The position numbers were made by a program, and so were the translations under genes. The notes under the pieces are model-generated. The model saw nothing but the letters and a program-made list of their open reading frames with translations. It was not told the origin of the DNA and ran no database searches. Source: Lama guanicoe (lineage: Eukaryota). From it: a stretch of DNA of 64,000 nucleotides. Each line of letters starts with the position of its first letter. Position 1 is the first letter of the stretch. The stretch is taken from contig MU054187.1 of assembly GCA_013239625.1 (NCBI GenBank), forward strand, positions 4,103,757 to 4,167,756, written 5' to 3'. Positions 36,826 to 48,925 of the stretch are shown here, piece after piece.

Positions 36826-37037
36826 GCTGTGCTTTTCACATCTCTAAGGGCCCTTGTGGTTCTAACATGCTCAGAGTCCACGATTTGATTTCAGTAAGTG
36901 TAAAACAATTTGTAGGGAATGTGGGAACTAAGCATTTTATATTGCAGTTTCATGGATCTTTGACAAATATATTGCAGTAAACTCATTATGTTTAACATGA
37001 AATGGAAGCTTTTACTTTATTACAGTGGGTGCAAAGG

Positions 37038-37069
37038 CTGCCCCCTCGTGGCAAAGAGCGAGCACTACA
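37038..37069 (-). promoter_or_regulatory. CTCF motif (reverse) with upstream module
   Basis: The minus strand reads tgtagtgct-cgctct-ttGCCACGAGGGGGCAG, i.e. the core motif plus a TGCAGTNCC-like upstream motif at typical spacing. Confidence 0.7.
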
Positions 37070-37599
37070 GGTTGTAACCCATTCCTACAGCCTTAAACAT
37101 TTGCAGCAGAGCTGCCCATCTCTCCTGCCTGCACAGAACACGTTTCTGTAAGTTGATGCATTAGTACATTTGATTCCAGAGAGTCGCTGCGGTTTCTCGG
37201 TGGTGGCAGTTTCAGCGCAACTGTATTTTAAAAGTAGTCTATGAATAATGTAAGAACACTGCTGTTACATGGTAAGCGGTAAGCTTTCAATCAGTGCTAG
37301 CTCTCTCCCAACTTCTCTTTCTGATGCTTTAGGTGACATTTCATGCCCTATTTTTCTAGTTAAAATAACGCCATGAAAATGCAACGTGTCTGCCAGGCAG
37401 CTTAATTTTGTTTTTAGTTTTATTTCATAACAAACTCATGCTATGAATATTCCCTTTATGTTGCAAAAATGTATAGCACAAATTAAAACAAAAGAAATTA
37501 TTTAATTTATCATTCTAATGGTGCAATAGAGATTTCCTTATCACTTCCTTAGTATGCCTCCTGTTTGGGATGGAAGGGTCACATGGGTAGTGGGGGTCG

Positions 37600-37880
37600 T
37601 CAGGGTGACCGGCTGCTTCAGGGCAGCTTCTCCAGACGCAGGTGCTGAGACTGAATTTGGGGTACAGGCTGTTTGATTGGAGCCAACATCTGTGAAGATG
37701 GGAAGGGCGAGGAAGCAGGGCTGGGCAGTGGGAGAAGACTGACAAAAGATGCAGTACCAAGAGAACCTCAGCCCACTCTGCCGAGCTCTGTGCAGAGTGT
37801 GTATCCCAGGGGGACCACGATGGCTGGACCTTTGTTCTCTGCCTCACTCAGCACCGCACATAGGCTGCTCCAGCCAGAGC
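37600..37880 (-). mobile_element. ERVL LTR fragment (LTR16/LTR33-like)
   Basis: ctgagactgaatttggggtacagg...aacatctgtgaag...gaggaagcagggctgggcagtgggagaag. A related fragment lies at 54200-54420. Confidence 0.55.
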
Positions 37881-37899
37881 ACGACCCGAGGCTTGCGGG

Positions 37900-38640
37900 T
37901 GTCATGTCACCTCTAATGGAGATTGTTTTACCTCTTCCTTTCCAATCTTGATGTTGTCTTTTCCTCTTTCTTGCATAACTGCTCTGGCCAGAACCTCCAC
38001 TACAATATTGAATAGAATTGGCAAGAGTGAGTGGACATTCTTGTCTTGTTTCTGATCTTAAGAGGAAAAATATATTTTTTCACTATTAAGCATCATGCTA
38101 GTGATGGGTTTTCATAAGTGCCCCCTTTTATGTTGCAGAAACTCCCTTCTATTGCTAGTTTTCTGCTTGTTTTTTTTATCATGAAAAAGTGTTGGATTTG
38201 TCAATGCTTTTTCTGCATTTCTTGAAATGACTGTATGGTTTATTTTATTAATGCAGTATATATCACATTGATTTTCAGAGGTAAAGTTGAGCCAACATTA
38301 CAGTCTGGGATAAACCCCACTTGATTGTAGTGTAAAGCCCTTCTTATATGCTGTTGGACTTGGATGGCTAGCATTTTGTTGAAAATGTTGATAACTATAT
38401 TCATAAAGGATATGGGTGTGTGGTTCTCTTGTGATGTCTTTGGCTCTGATGTAAAGGTAGCAATGGCCTTACAGGGTACGTGAGGAAGTGTGCCTTTCAC
38501 TTTAAGATGTTGGAAGAATTTGTGACAAATTGGTGTTGATTCCTCTTTAACTATTTGGTACAATTCACTAGTGAACTCTGGTCCTTGTTTTTGTTTTGTT
38601 TGTGGGAAGCTTTTTGATTACTAACTCAGTCTCTTTCCTG
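37900..38640 (-). mobile_element. L1 ORF2 (RT region) fragment
   Basis: ORF 38240-38563 (...PISFMNIVINIFNKMLAIQVQQHIRRALHYNQVGFIP) matches L1 RT ([37 protein letters not shown]). Confidence 0.92.
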
Positions 38641-38797
38641 AGTTTTAAGGAGATTAAGTAATTTCCTCATTTTGTAAGTGGTAGCAGTAAGACATAAACT
38701 CAAGTCATTCTTACACCAAAATCTGTGTTTTAAGCCATATTGACTAAAATATATACTTTTATTTACATTTGACATAATCTCACCCTGAAGATAACAC

Positions 38798-39322
38798 TGT
38801 ATTAGTGTTCTCCAGAGAAACAGAACCAATAGAACCTATGTATATGTGTGTGGACAGATAGATAGACAGATAGATAGATATGATTTATTATAGGAATTGG
38901 CTCACACAGCTACGGAGGCCGAGAACGTCCATGATCTGCTGTCTGCAAGCTGGAGAACAGAAAAGCCAGGGGTGTAACCCAGTCCACGTCCAAAGGCCCG
39001 GGAACCAGGAGCACCAGTACCCAAGGGCAGGAGAAGATGGGTGTCCCAGCTCCAGCAAAGACAGCAGATGGGCCCGTCCTCCGCCTCTTTGTTCTGTGCA
39101 GGCCCTCCAGGGACCGCATGTCTCCAGGGACCGTACGTCTCCAGGAATGGGACATCTCCAGGGGTTGTGTGAAGCGGTGGGCGTGGTCTCTGCTCAGTCT
39201 GTTGATTCCATTGTTCATCTCCTCCAGAAACACCCTCACGGACACAACCAGAAATAACATTTTACCAGTTATCCGGGCATCCCTTTGCCCAGTCAAGTTG
39301 ATGCATAAAATGAACTGCCACA
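38798..39322 (-). mobile_element. MLT2B-like ERVL solo LTR with internal (GATA)n and a near-perfect 5-bp TSD
   Basis: tgtattagtgttctccagagaaacagaaccaatag...ccagtcaagttgatgcataaaatgaactgccaca. Flanks are AACAC (38793-38797) and AATAC (39323-39327). Confidence 0.88.
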
Positions 39323-40613
39323 AATACGTTTAATTTTAAGCATTTTTTAGACTACAGAAAAGTGCAAAGAAGAAAATCAAAATAATTCATAACTACTTTT
39401 CAATACATTAGTGTATTTTTTTAGTCCCCTCTCTATTATCGATCTATATGCACATATTTGACATATATATTAGAAATCATTGTAATCATACTTTTCACAC
39501 AATTTTGCTTATTCATTCAATTTTGTCTCGTGAGTTCCTGTGTCACTAGCAATTCTTCAGAAATATCACATTAATGTTACTGCCTAATATTTCACTGTGA
39601 AATCCCTTTAATCACAACAGATTTTTCCTTTTTCCTGTTTAATATTTAGATTATTGTAATGTTGCTGTTTTGCTATTATAAGTAATGGTTTCAGGGTCGT
39701 CTTGGCCTTGTTACACCTTTGAGTTCCCATGTATTTCTGGAAATGGAATACTGGATCAGAGGCTAGGAGTATTTTAAGATTCTTTATCGGCTTGATAAGC
39801 CATAAAGCTTACCAATGTATCCTTGTTTTAAGTGGATTTTTGTTTATGCCATCTCTAATACTGTTTTTGTTTTCAAAATATTTTCTATTTTGCCATCCAA
39901 CTGGGAACAATCATGTTAGGTGGGATCTTGTCTAACATTTGGCTTAGAGAACGTATAAAAAGCCCTTGTTTTTCAGCACTCTGTATCTCTAGTACCCGAG
40001 AGAATACAGTGCTTGCTCACATTTGTTTTTTAAATCAAAAAGAACATGGATTGGTGACACTGAAGGAGATATTTTATACTTAAGTCCATTTTCTAATAAT
40101 TAAAAAAATTAGCATCCTTAGATCAATTTCACCTAGCACATCACTGAGTTGCAATGGTAATTCATCTATAAAATGATGAGTTTATGAAGTGCAATGCTGA
40201 CATCACTGAAAATCTGAGACTTAAAATACACTTCTGTTGTTTACTGGATTAAGCTGACCCATCAGGATGAAATGAACTATTGCCTATTGTTACAACAATT
40301 TGCTATTTATGTGAAGCTTCCAGGGTAGATTACCCCTGCACTAACGCCACACAGCAGCCTCTCCCAAGCTGCATCACCCCGCCTCATCCCCAAAACCACA
40401 CTTCCAAAAGATTCAGCCGGAAGAGGATGTTTGCAAATATTTAGAGGGGCAAATAATTTTTTTAAGTTTTTAAAATTTTCCTCTGTAGTTCCAGGTTGCA
40501 AAGCCATTAACCTACTATCACCAGAAAACCATCCCCCCCGCCCAATTTGTTAGTTAAAAAAAAAAAGGCGTCTTCTCCATGTGGTATTCACAGTGGGCCG
40601 CTCCCCAGGGAGA

Positions 40614-40642
40614 GCAGCAGAGGGCGCTCGCAGAGGGCGCTC
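40614..40642 (+). promoter_or_regulatory. Tandem CTCF-like motifs formed by a 13-bp direct duplication
   Basis: GCAGCAGAGGGCGCTC-GCAGAGGGCGCTC. Confidence 0.5.
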
Positions 40643-42419
40643 ACACCGGCTTCCCGGTGAAACAGAAACCAGCACCTTCCTCTTCGTCTGCTCCGGGCTG
40701 TATCTGCAGCGAAGTCTTCTCCCCATTACACTCCTTTCTGTGCTGGAAATGAGGGCAAAACTAGCACATGAGCCCAGATTTACGACGGAGCTGCGTGCTT
40801 GCCAGGAAGTCCTTGAATTTTGCTTTCATTCTCAGCTTTATAATAAAAAGTAAAAGTGCTTGGGGCAGTCAGTTCAGCTCACGGGGTGTTTTCAGCAAGC
40901 GGTAACTAATGGATTTTAACGTAGAAAATTTTACCATTTTCAGACGGTTAATAATATCAAGACCCTAATTTACCTTAAAAGAACCCATCACCCATAGTAG
41001 AGAAATGACCTGAAAAAATTATCCTAAACGAAGGCGTTCTTCGTATCTAACTACAATGGACATAAGTAATTTAAAATACCAGAAAATAGCAAAACAATTT
41101 TAATCAACATTCTCACACCCTCCACACCTCGCCTTCTCGACCCCGCCTTCTTTACCCTGCGAAACACCGTCAACAACAACAAGAAACAAACAAACATGGA
41201 ATTAAAACAGACAAAATACATCCTAGAACGTGAACAAGTAGCGAACGAAGCTCATTTGTATTTTCTGGTTTGCGCTCTGCTCTGGCGCGATGGCGAACAA
41301 GTCCTGCACTCTAAGATGGCAAGATGCTTCCGACAGAAGAGGAAAAGGGCAGAGCAGAGGTCCCGGGTGGTCCACAAGCTCAGAGAGCAGTGCTGTGTGA
41401 GAGAGAGCTGGCTGGGATGGAATGCAGCAGGGCAGACAATGGCACCGTATCTGCCAGTAAACTGCCGGCCTTCAGGAGCTTCTTGAAACTGTGACCCTGG
41501 GCTGATGACTCCCTTGCAGAAAGGCATCTTCAAGGATGGAAGGGATGCAGGGAAGAGCAACAGAAATAACTCTCTGCACGGGCTTCGGGAATAAGGATCC
41601 TTGTACTTCATCCGCACCACCTGCGAGAGGGGCGACCGCAGCCTCCCAACCTCCCCGCAGCAGCCGGGCTGCAGAGGGTCACCCCGTCTGTGGCGAGGCC
41701 TGGGAAGTCCCAGTCCCGATGAAGGGTCTTTTGATGAAAATCCCGCCATCAGCAGGCGTTGGCGTTAAACCTGAAAGAATTATTTTAAAAATATTTTGCA
41801 ACGACTAGAGGAATAAAAACACAATCTTGGCCTAGGGGCCAGTTAGCCCTGCCACTTGCTGATAATGTAATGCGATGTAAAGGCATAAACAGGACTGTTC
41901 ATAGACAGTCCTGGCTTCGGTGTCCAAGCTGGACCTCATAGGAAATAAATGTTACTTAATCAGAAGTCATCTTAATTGTCAAGGGCTACCCAAGTGATTG
42001 GCGTCTTAGCTATGTAGCCCATAGTCAGGGAATGGGAAAGAGTTAACAGTAAAAGCGCAGGCTGCTTTACTGGGTGGGAAGTTTGAATAAAAACAAGGTA
42101 AGTTTCAGAAACTCAACGCTGCTACCCCAGGGAGCAGACGCTTTTGTTGGGGAGCTATTTTGTTCCTGCTAAAACCCACGTCTGTTTCATCACTGCTAAC
42201 CATCAAAGCAGAAAAGGTTTTCACTAAGAGTGAAAGGAAACAGGTGGTGGTTATTTTGCCGAACATACTTTAAAAGAGTAAAGATGCCTCTACAAAGCAG
42301 CAAATTAACTAAAACTGGAGAAACGCAGTCAGTGGAGTCAGAAGAAAACGTGGCTCGATTTTCAGTCTAACTTCTGAGATGTCTCTGCAATTAATAGAAG
42401 TCCCTGGATGGAAGTGCCC

Positions 42420-42522
42420 TTTTATTTTATTTTAGCTTTCTATTTTGATATAATTGAAGTATAAGATTATGTTAGTTTCAGGTGTACAGCATAGTGATTC
42501 GATATCTGTATATATTATGAAA
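42420..42522 (-). mobile_element. Short L1 3' end
   Basis: tattttgatataattga...gttagtttcaggtgtacagcatagtgattcgatat. Confidence 0.8.
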
Positions 42523-42887
42523 GAAAGTGTCCTTTTAAACTAGGACAGACTGATGAGGGTCCAGGGAGAATCAGAACATAGAACACATGGTTGGCAAAGG
42601 TAGAGGTTCTTCCCGCCCTTCAGTGAGGAGACGTTGCAAGTCACCACCGAAACGTCACATGCTGTTTGTGACTCGCTGTATTACTACACACAGATGTGCA
42701 TGTGGAAACACATATACATATACACACACTGAGTTAAAGGTAATGTATGCTTTACATGCTTCCCATTCTTTCCATTTTCAGAATGCACCTCAGAAAGCCT
42801 TTTTGTTGTCTGAGTGTGTCACCTGTGACACGTACCCTTCTGGCTAAGTAGTGACTTACGTTTCACACTCAAGCCTCATGCCCGCCT

Positions 42888-43020
42888 CAGTCATTCATTC
42901 ATTCATTTGATAAACAATTATGAAGCCCTCACTATGCCCTAGGTACTGCGCTTGACATATGAAAATTAGTTAAGTGAAGCAGAACCTTGCTTCCAAAAAA
43001 TTCAGCATCTTGTGAAGAAG
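42888..43020 (-). mobile_element. L2 3' end
   Basis: cattcattcattcatttgataaacaattatgaagccctcactatgccctaggtactg. Confidence 0.7.
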
Positions 43021-43689
43021 GGAGAATTAGATGAAAATAGACAGGTCCCTTAGCAGTCACCACCCATCTCTTACCCAGCTGATTCTAGAAAACCTTCCCC
43101 TAACTCACTCACTAGTGGGGGCCCCATGAAAATACATGAATCTCCATCAATCCACCTGTTGTGTATCGGGTGTAAAATGCTGAGCTGGCCTTGAAAACCT
43201 TGATAAGTCCAGCTACTCCATGTTCACCCCAAAGTCGAATGTCTCATGTTTGGTTCAGTGTAAAATGAGCACGGCTGGGCCCGTTCTTTCTCCAAGGGCC
43301 CGCTGGCCAGCTGCGATGTAAAAGGCCTACGTTTAGGACAGCAGCAACAACTAAATTAGCCTGTGGCAGCCAGGATGGGTAATGTGATTTAGCGAGGGAG
43401 ATTATGAATAAATATTACAGGCAGAAGAAGCAGGGCGCTTTCTGCATCGTTAGTCATTACGTGCCAGCCGTAGCTTTTAATTATATTACCTGGCCTGTAA
43501 TAAGGCAGTAAATTCAGGACAGCTTGGATTTTGGCTTCAAAAGCCTGGCATAATGAGTGTGACTTGTAAATACCGCAGCGGTACTTTCTTCCATTTTGCT
43601 ACGGCAGCTGAATTGCCCTCCAACAGATCAACCCGTCTCTCACATTTGCACGTGTTGAGCTAAAGCGGAGGAAACAGGAGAAGCCAGCA

Positions 43690-44210
43690 GCCAGCGGCCC
43701 CTCCCTTCAGAACTACGCGGCCCGCTTCCCACCCCGTGAGCGCGAACCTCTCGCGTGGGCGACCTCAGCCCACCATCCCATCTGCTCCGCGCAGAGGGAA
43801 GCGAGGACAGCCCTATGCTCGCAGCAGGCTTCGAATCCTGCCAGATCGCTGTGGTGTTTGACCATATGTCGCACATTATCAGAGAACAGATCTTTCTGTT
43901 TGCATGACCGGCTGTGGATTCTGGACAGCCCTCCAGGGCCACCTCCAGATAGAGCACCGCGCGTCCGCGGGATGTTTCCCCAACACCGGTGACCAGCGCA
44001 GACGCCGGCTCCGTCAACACCAGGCTCGACCTGCGGAGCCTGCGGGGCGGGGTCTTGAGCAGGTGCCCCCTCCTCTGGGCTTCGATCCTCCCCTCCGGGA
44101 GCTGGAGGCGGCTGCAGGGGCAGGTGGCCTCACACAGGAGGCTGTGGGCCCTGTACAGCCGGGGATCCAACCTGCTCCGCCACCTACTCATCACAGGACC
44201 ACGGGCGGTT
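43690..44210. promoter_or_regulatory. Orphan CpG-rich region
   Basis: CpG-dense ~500 bp with a GC box at 44044-44052. Part of it is MIR-like. Confidence 0.55.
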
Positions 44211-46064
44211 ACTCTCTCTGCTTTACTCCGCTCATCCTTAAAGTGAAAGCTCTTACACCGCCTCCACTGTGGGTTCTCGTGGCAATGAAATGGGTTAATA
44301 AAGAACTTTCATTATAACTTTTTTGGGTAAAGATTGAGATGAATTGACTGTAAAAATTATAGCAGTGCCTGGTGCATAGAAAACATAAAGATGGTGGCAG
44401 TTGGATGGTGGCAGTTATTTCTTTAGTGTTGTACCTTCAAATTATATTCTACACAAACTGTTTCACTCTGACCCAGCAGAGGTTTACTGTCCTTTGATGG
44501 CCGAATGGAAGAATGCCGTGTAACCCTTGCAACCTTGAATGTGAGTATGGACAGCTATTTAAACCAAGCACAAGAGTGCTCAGCTGGGTTTTTTTCCTTC
44601 CATCGGTCCAGATTTTAACGCAGCAGGCAGTAACGTTCCTGCATGTTTTTGTGACTCCCACATGTGACTGAAGTCTTTGGGGAACATGAGATGCACTGTC
44701 CAGGCAACGAAGCACCTGTGTGGTGGGATCAGCTCTTCTCTGGGTTGAAAGATGAAGCTGACTGTTAAAGTGCTGATTTGTTTGTTGTTTGTTTGTTTTG
44801 GAATGTTTTGTTTTATTTTAATAAATTACTATAGAAATACTGGCCTCTTACCTCTGCTCAGGTTGGAGAGGAAGCATAAATGGCTACCAAATAGGGACTT
44901 TGGTTTTATATATATATATATTTATATGTGCATATAAACACCCCCCTGAAGGTTTCATACAGAGGGCCAGGGAAAGCAGCGAGCTGCTTTTTTCTGTAAA
45001 CTGAAGAGGATTTGAAGCGAAAGAAAATGAATATGATTTTCTTATTTTTAAAGATACACCAACTCACAATCTAATGAGATTTCCAGGAATAAATTTCTAG
45101 TTTACTTCCTTTGTTGCTGTAGAAGACGTGCAATAGATACATTCAATATTTTAAATAACCCCAAACAGAACTCTACCTTGTCACTTCTTAATGGGCCAAG
45201 TTTAACAAGACGTATTTTGGCCATCCCAACAGAGACAGTTCCTCCAATTTATTAGGCAATGCATGCTTCCTTGTCCTCTACAGTTCTCAGGTAATGGAGG
45301 TAAAAGCAGATTTTGAAGGGGAAAGAAGGGCTAACTGAGATGCAAAAATGTTGTCATTTTGGTGTAATAACTTAAAAAAAATCACCTTTAAATACAACCT
45401 CCTTTTGTTTTCCTTACAATATCCTTGACTGTAGAAATATAAATCCTGTTTCCTTTTGTCCTCTTCTCAGAAAAATTCCCAGCAGATTGTCAATGTTTTC
45501 TGCATAATAACCATTGATTTTTCCGATACTAATGATTTGCTGTGGTTGTTTTTCTTCCAGAGTCTGTATTTAACAAGAGAGATTCGCTAGGAGTCAAGAG
45601 TCTTTCCAATATGTTCCCCTAATTAGCCTTTTAGACATCTGGGCTGATTACAGCCTGCAAGGGGCTGTGCAGCAAAGGCTGGGGCCCTGTCTCTGGACCC
45701 GCTCTCATCACCCTTATTCCCCAGGACTGTCAGCCTCGCCAGCCACGCGTCTCTGCAGGGGCCAGTCTTAGTCACTGGCCAACCGAGTAACTGATTAGCT
45801 GAGCCTCTAAAATGTCTCTTCATAACAAAAAAACAACTTTGCATACGAGAAATGCAATATTGATACACTACAACTAAATGACAAAAGTGAACATCAGTTA
45901 ACGAGGGAGAGGAAAAGCAGAGATACTGGAATTAAGTAGAACGAAGTTCATATCATGCATTCTTTGCAGGTTATTTAGTTTCCTAAATTTTGCTTTCTTA
46001 CTTGTAAAATAGGACAATGATACCTCCTTGAAACATTATGAAAATTAAGTGACCCAATGTACGT

Positions 46065-47560
46065 TCATAGTTAGAAAGACTGTATCCTGAAGACATCAGT
46101 TTCCTCCAAATTGGTCCACAGATTCAATGAAAATTCATTCCAAAATTCCCAGTGGTATTTTTGTGGAAATTGATAAGTTGATCCTAAAATCCTAAAAGTA
46201 AAGAGTCAAGAGTAGTTAGGATATTTTAAAGTAAAAGAAGTTGAGAAATTTCCGTATCAGGTAAGGCAAAAGGTAAGGCTAGAGCAATCAGTGTGGTGTG
46301 TGATAGACAAATAGAAGAGTGAGAGACCGGACTCATGTCTACCTGAAAACAGTGGTAGCGTTACGAGTCAGCGGGGAAAGGAGAGGACATTTGATAAATG
46401 GTTCTGGAACCGTTGTTTATCTATACAGAAAAAAAAATCCCTTTAACATTCCAGACACAAAAATAAATTTGATATATTTTAAAGACCTAAATATTCTACA
46501 AGAAAATATTAAAGAATATGTAATATCATAGAAGAAAAGAATTTCTTAAATGACACATACTAAAATAAACAACTACTTAAATTAAAATTTTCTGTTCAAC
46601 CAATTATACCATAAACAAATTTAAAGCAGACTGGGCAAATACATTTAAAAGTCATATAACTGGAAGAGATGATTATTCAGATTTGCAAAGAACTTTACGT
46701 GGCAATCATGCATAGATGAATCACCCAATAGAAAATGAACAAAGGAGATGAATGGGTAATTTACAGAATGGAATGCTGAATATATTGTAAATATGTGACA
46801 ATATCACCACCGTCCAAATAAATGCAAATTTATCAGGTGCAATTAGACACCCATTAGATTGACAATAATTAAAAAGGCAAAAAATGCCACCTTTTGTCAA
46901 GTATGTGAAAAATGAAGACATAATCATGCACTGCTCTTGGCAATGTAATTAAGTGCAACCACATTGGAAGCAAAATTTGAAGATATAAAGTTAGTTAAAA
47001 TACCCAAATCCTAAAACCAGAAAATCTGCTCATAGAAATATATAATAGGGAAAATCTCTTACATGTACTTGAGGAGACATACACAGAAGTATTTATGACA
47101 GCACTGTTTTTAATACTGAACAACCAGAAACAATCTGTGTGTATCAAATGAACAATAGATGATTTCATTGTGATGTGTTCAAAAATGAAATACTGTACCA
47201 GAGTTAGTGAACTATAAATATGAACATGGGTAAATCTAAAAAATATGACACTGAGTAAAAAATAAATTTTAGAACACATTTCTCAGAATATGTTTTAAAA
47301 AAAAACCCTTACATACTGTTTTTAGATACATTTGCAGAATAATGTAAAATCATATATGTTAAGAATAAATTCTAGATTCAGAATGGGAATCAGCTCTGGG
47401 GGGGAAGAATGAAAATGACATCAGAGAAAAATGAGAAGAGCATTGAAATGTGTCATTGAAGTCTTGAATCTTTTTTTTTAAAGCCTAATATGGCAAAGCA
47501 TTAGTCAAAATACATTAAGATATCATCAAGCTGGTGGTTCACACTTGTTTTAAATTTCAG
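46065..47560 (+). mobile_element. Old L1 (L1ME-like) ORF2 3' region and 3'UTR
   Basis: cagtttcctccaaattggtccacagattcaatg...gaaattgataagttgatcctaaaat...tttatgacagcactgttttaata. Confidence 0.8.
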
Positions 47561-47899
47561 ACATATATTTCAGTTCCAGGATCCCCCCTCCTTTTTTTTT
47601 CATAACTCTCCAGAAATTCTTCATCTCTTCACCTTTTTCTATAGATTTGCTTACATATTTATCCTAGTTATTTTTAAAATCTTTGCCAGGTAATTTTGCT
47701 GTTTGGCTTGTCTGTCAGACTGTTTTTATAAACTGATCATCAGCCGCACTGTCCTGTTTGTTCGTAAGTCTCATCATTTTTGAACGCATACCTCACATGA
47801 TTGATAATACATTGTAGAAATTCTGAATTTTGTTGTTTCCTCTGAAGAGTGTTGAGTTTTGCCCTAGCAGCAATTATATTACTGGCATACATTATTCAG

Positions 47900-48925
47900 T
47901 AAAAGGAACCACAATTCCTTGGAGTAGTGAAAATAAAAATATGCTTAATAAAAAGGGGGTGGGGAGTGAGGGGGCTTACTGAAAGGACCTAGGAGCCAGG
48001 AAGGAGGTGTTTCCAGCTGCCAAAACTGGAGCATGTTTAGTAGCAAAATAATGATCATGTTGGATTATAACTCATAAAATAGAATAGTTGTCTATGAGTC
48101 CATGCTGATACAAATAAATAACTGAATAAATAGATACATGGGAGGAAAAGGAAAACTCCTCCTTACAGAGGAATTCTAATTAATACACATGGAAGGTATG
48201 AAGGAAAAATAAAATTAACATCAGGCAAATCCACAGTAATAATTGCTGCGGTAAGAGTCACCAGTTGTCACTAAAATTAACATTTTAGAGAAACAGGATG
48301 CATGGCCTCAAAGTATTACTCACAAAATATTCACTAATTATAAAAAGAAAAGCATTAACTTTCCGGTGGAGAGCCCTGCAGACACCGCTGTAACCAAGTA
48401 AACAAGGTGAACAGCACCAGCAGTAAGATGCACTGACGTCACACATCACTGGATAGGATGCAGTAAAAATGGCACGTTATTTCTCTGCCTCTCTTGCATA
48501 AAGTGCATACGCTCAATCTCATCATGAGACAAACCTAAACTGAGGAACATTCTACAAAATAAGAGGCCAGCACTTATCAAATGTGCCAAGGTCATAAAAA
48601 ACAAGGAGAGACCAAACATTGGAAGAGATTGTTACTGCTTGGAGGAGATTGAAAAAAAAAATGTATCAAGGGATGTTAGATGGGATCCTGGACCAGCAAA
48701 GGACATTAGTGGAAAAACTGGTGAAAGTTATATAATGTGTGGTTTGAAGTTCAGTTAAGAGTGTGGCACCAATGTTAATTATCTGGTTTCGATCATCATA
48801 CTATGATCAAGTAAGATATTAGCACGAGGAGAAGGTGGGCGAAGAGCATATGGGAGCTCTCTGTACTGTGTTTGCAGGTTTTCTGTAAACCTCAAATTAT
48901 TTCAAAATAAAAAGTTAAAAAAAAT
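47900..48925 (+). mobile_element. L1MC-type 3'UTR
   Basis: ttccagctgccaaaactggagca...ggacattagtggaaaaactggtgaa...tgggagctctctgtact...aaattatttcaaaataaaaagttaaaa. Confidence 0.8.

Noticed and set aside
36385..36980. Overlapping 84-115 aa ORFs in the orphan CpG island
   Set aside because: GC-driven open frames with no homology I can recognise and no exon structure.
39105..39164. Repeat-spacer-like array resembling CRISPR
   Set aside because: A 17-bp tandem minisatellite within a mammalian LTR with no unique spacers and no cas genes.
43640..44317. 184-aa and 137-aa ORFs
   Set aside because: GC-rich, partly MIR-derived, and without a recognisable domain.
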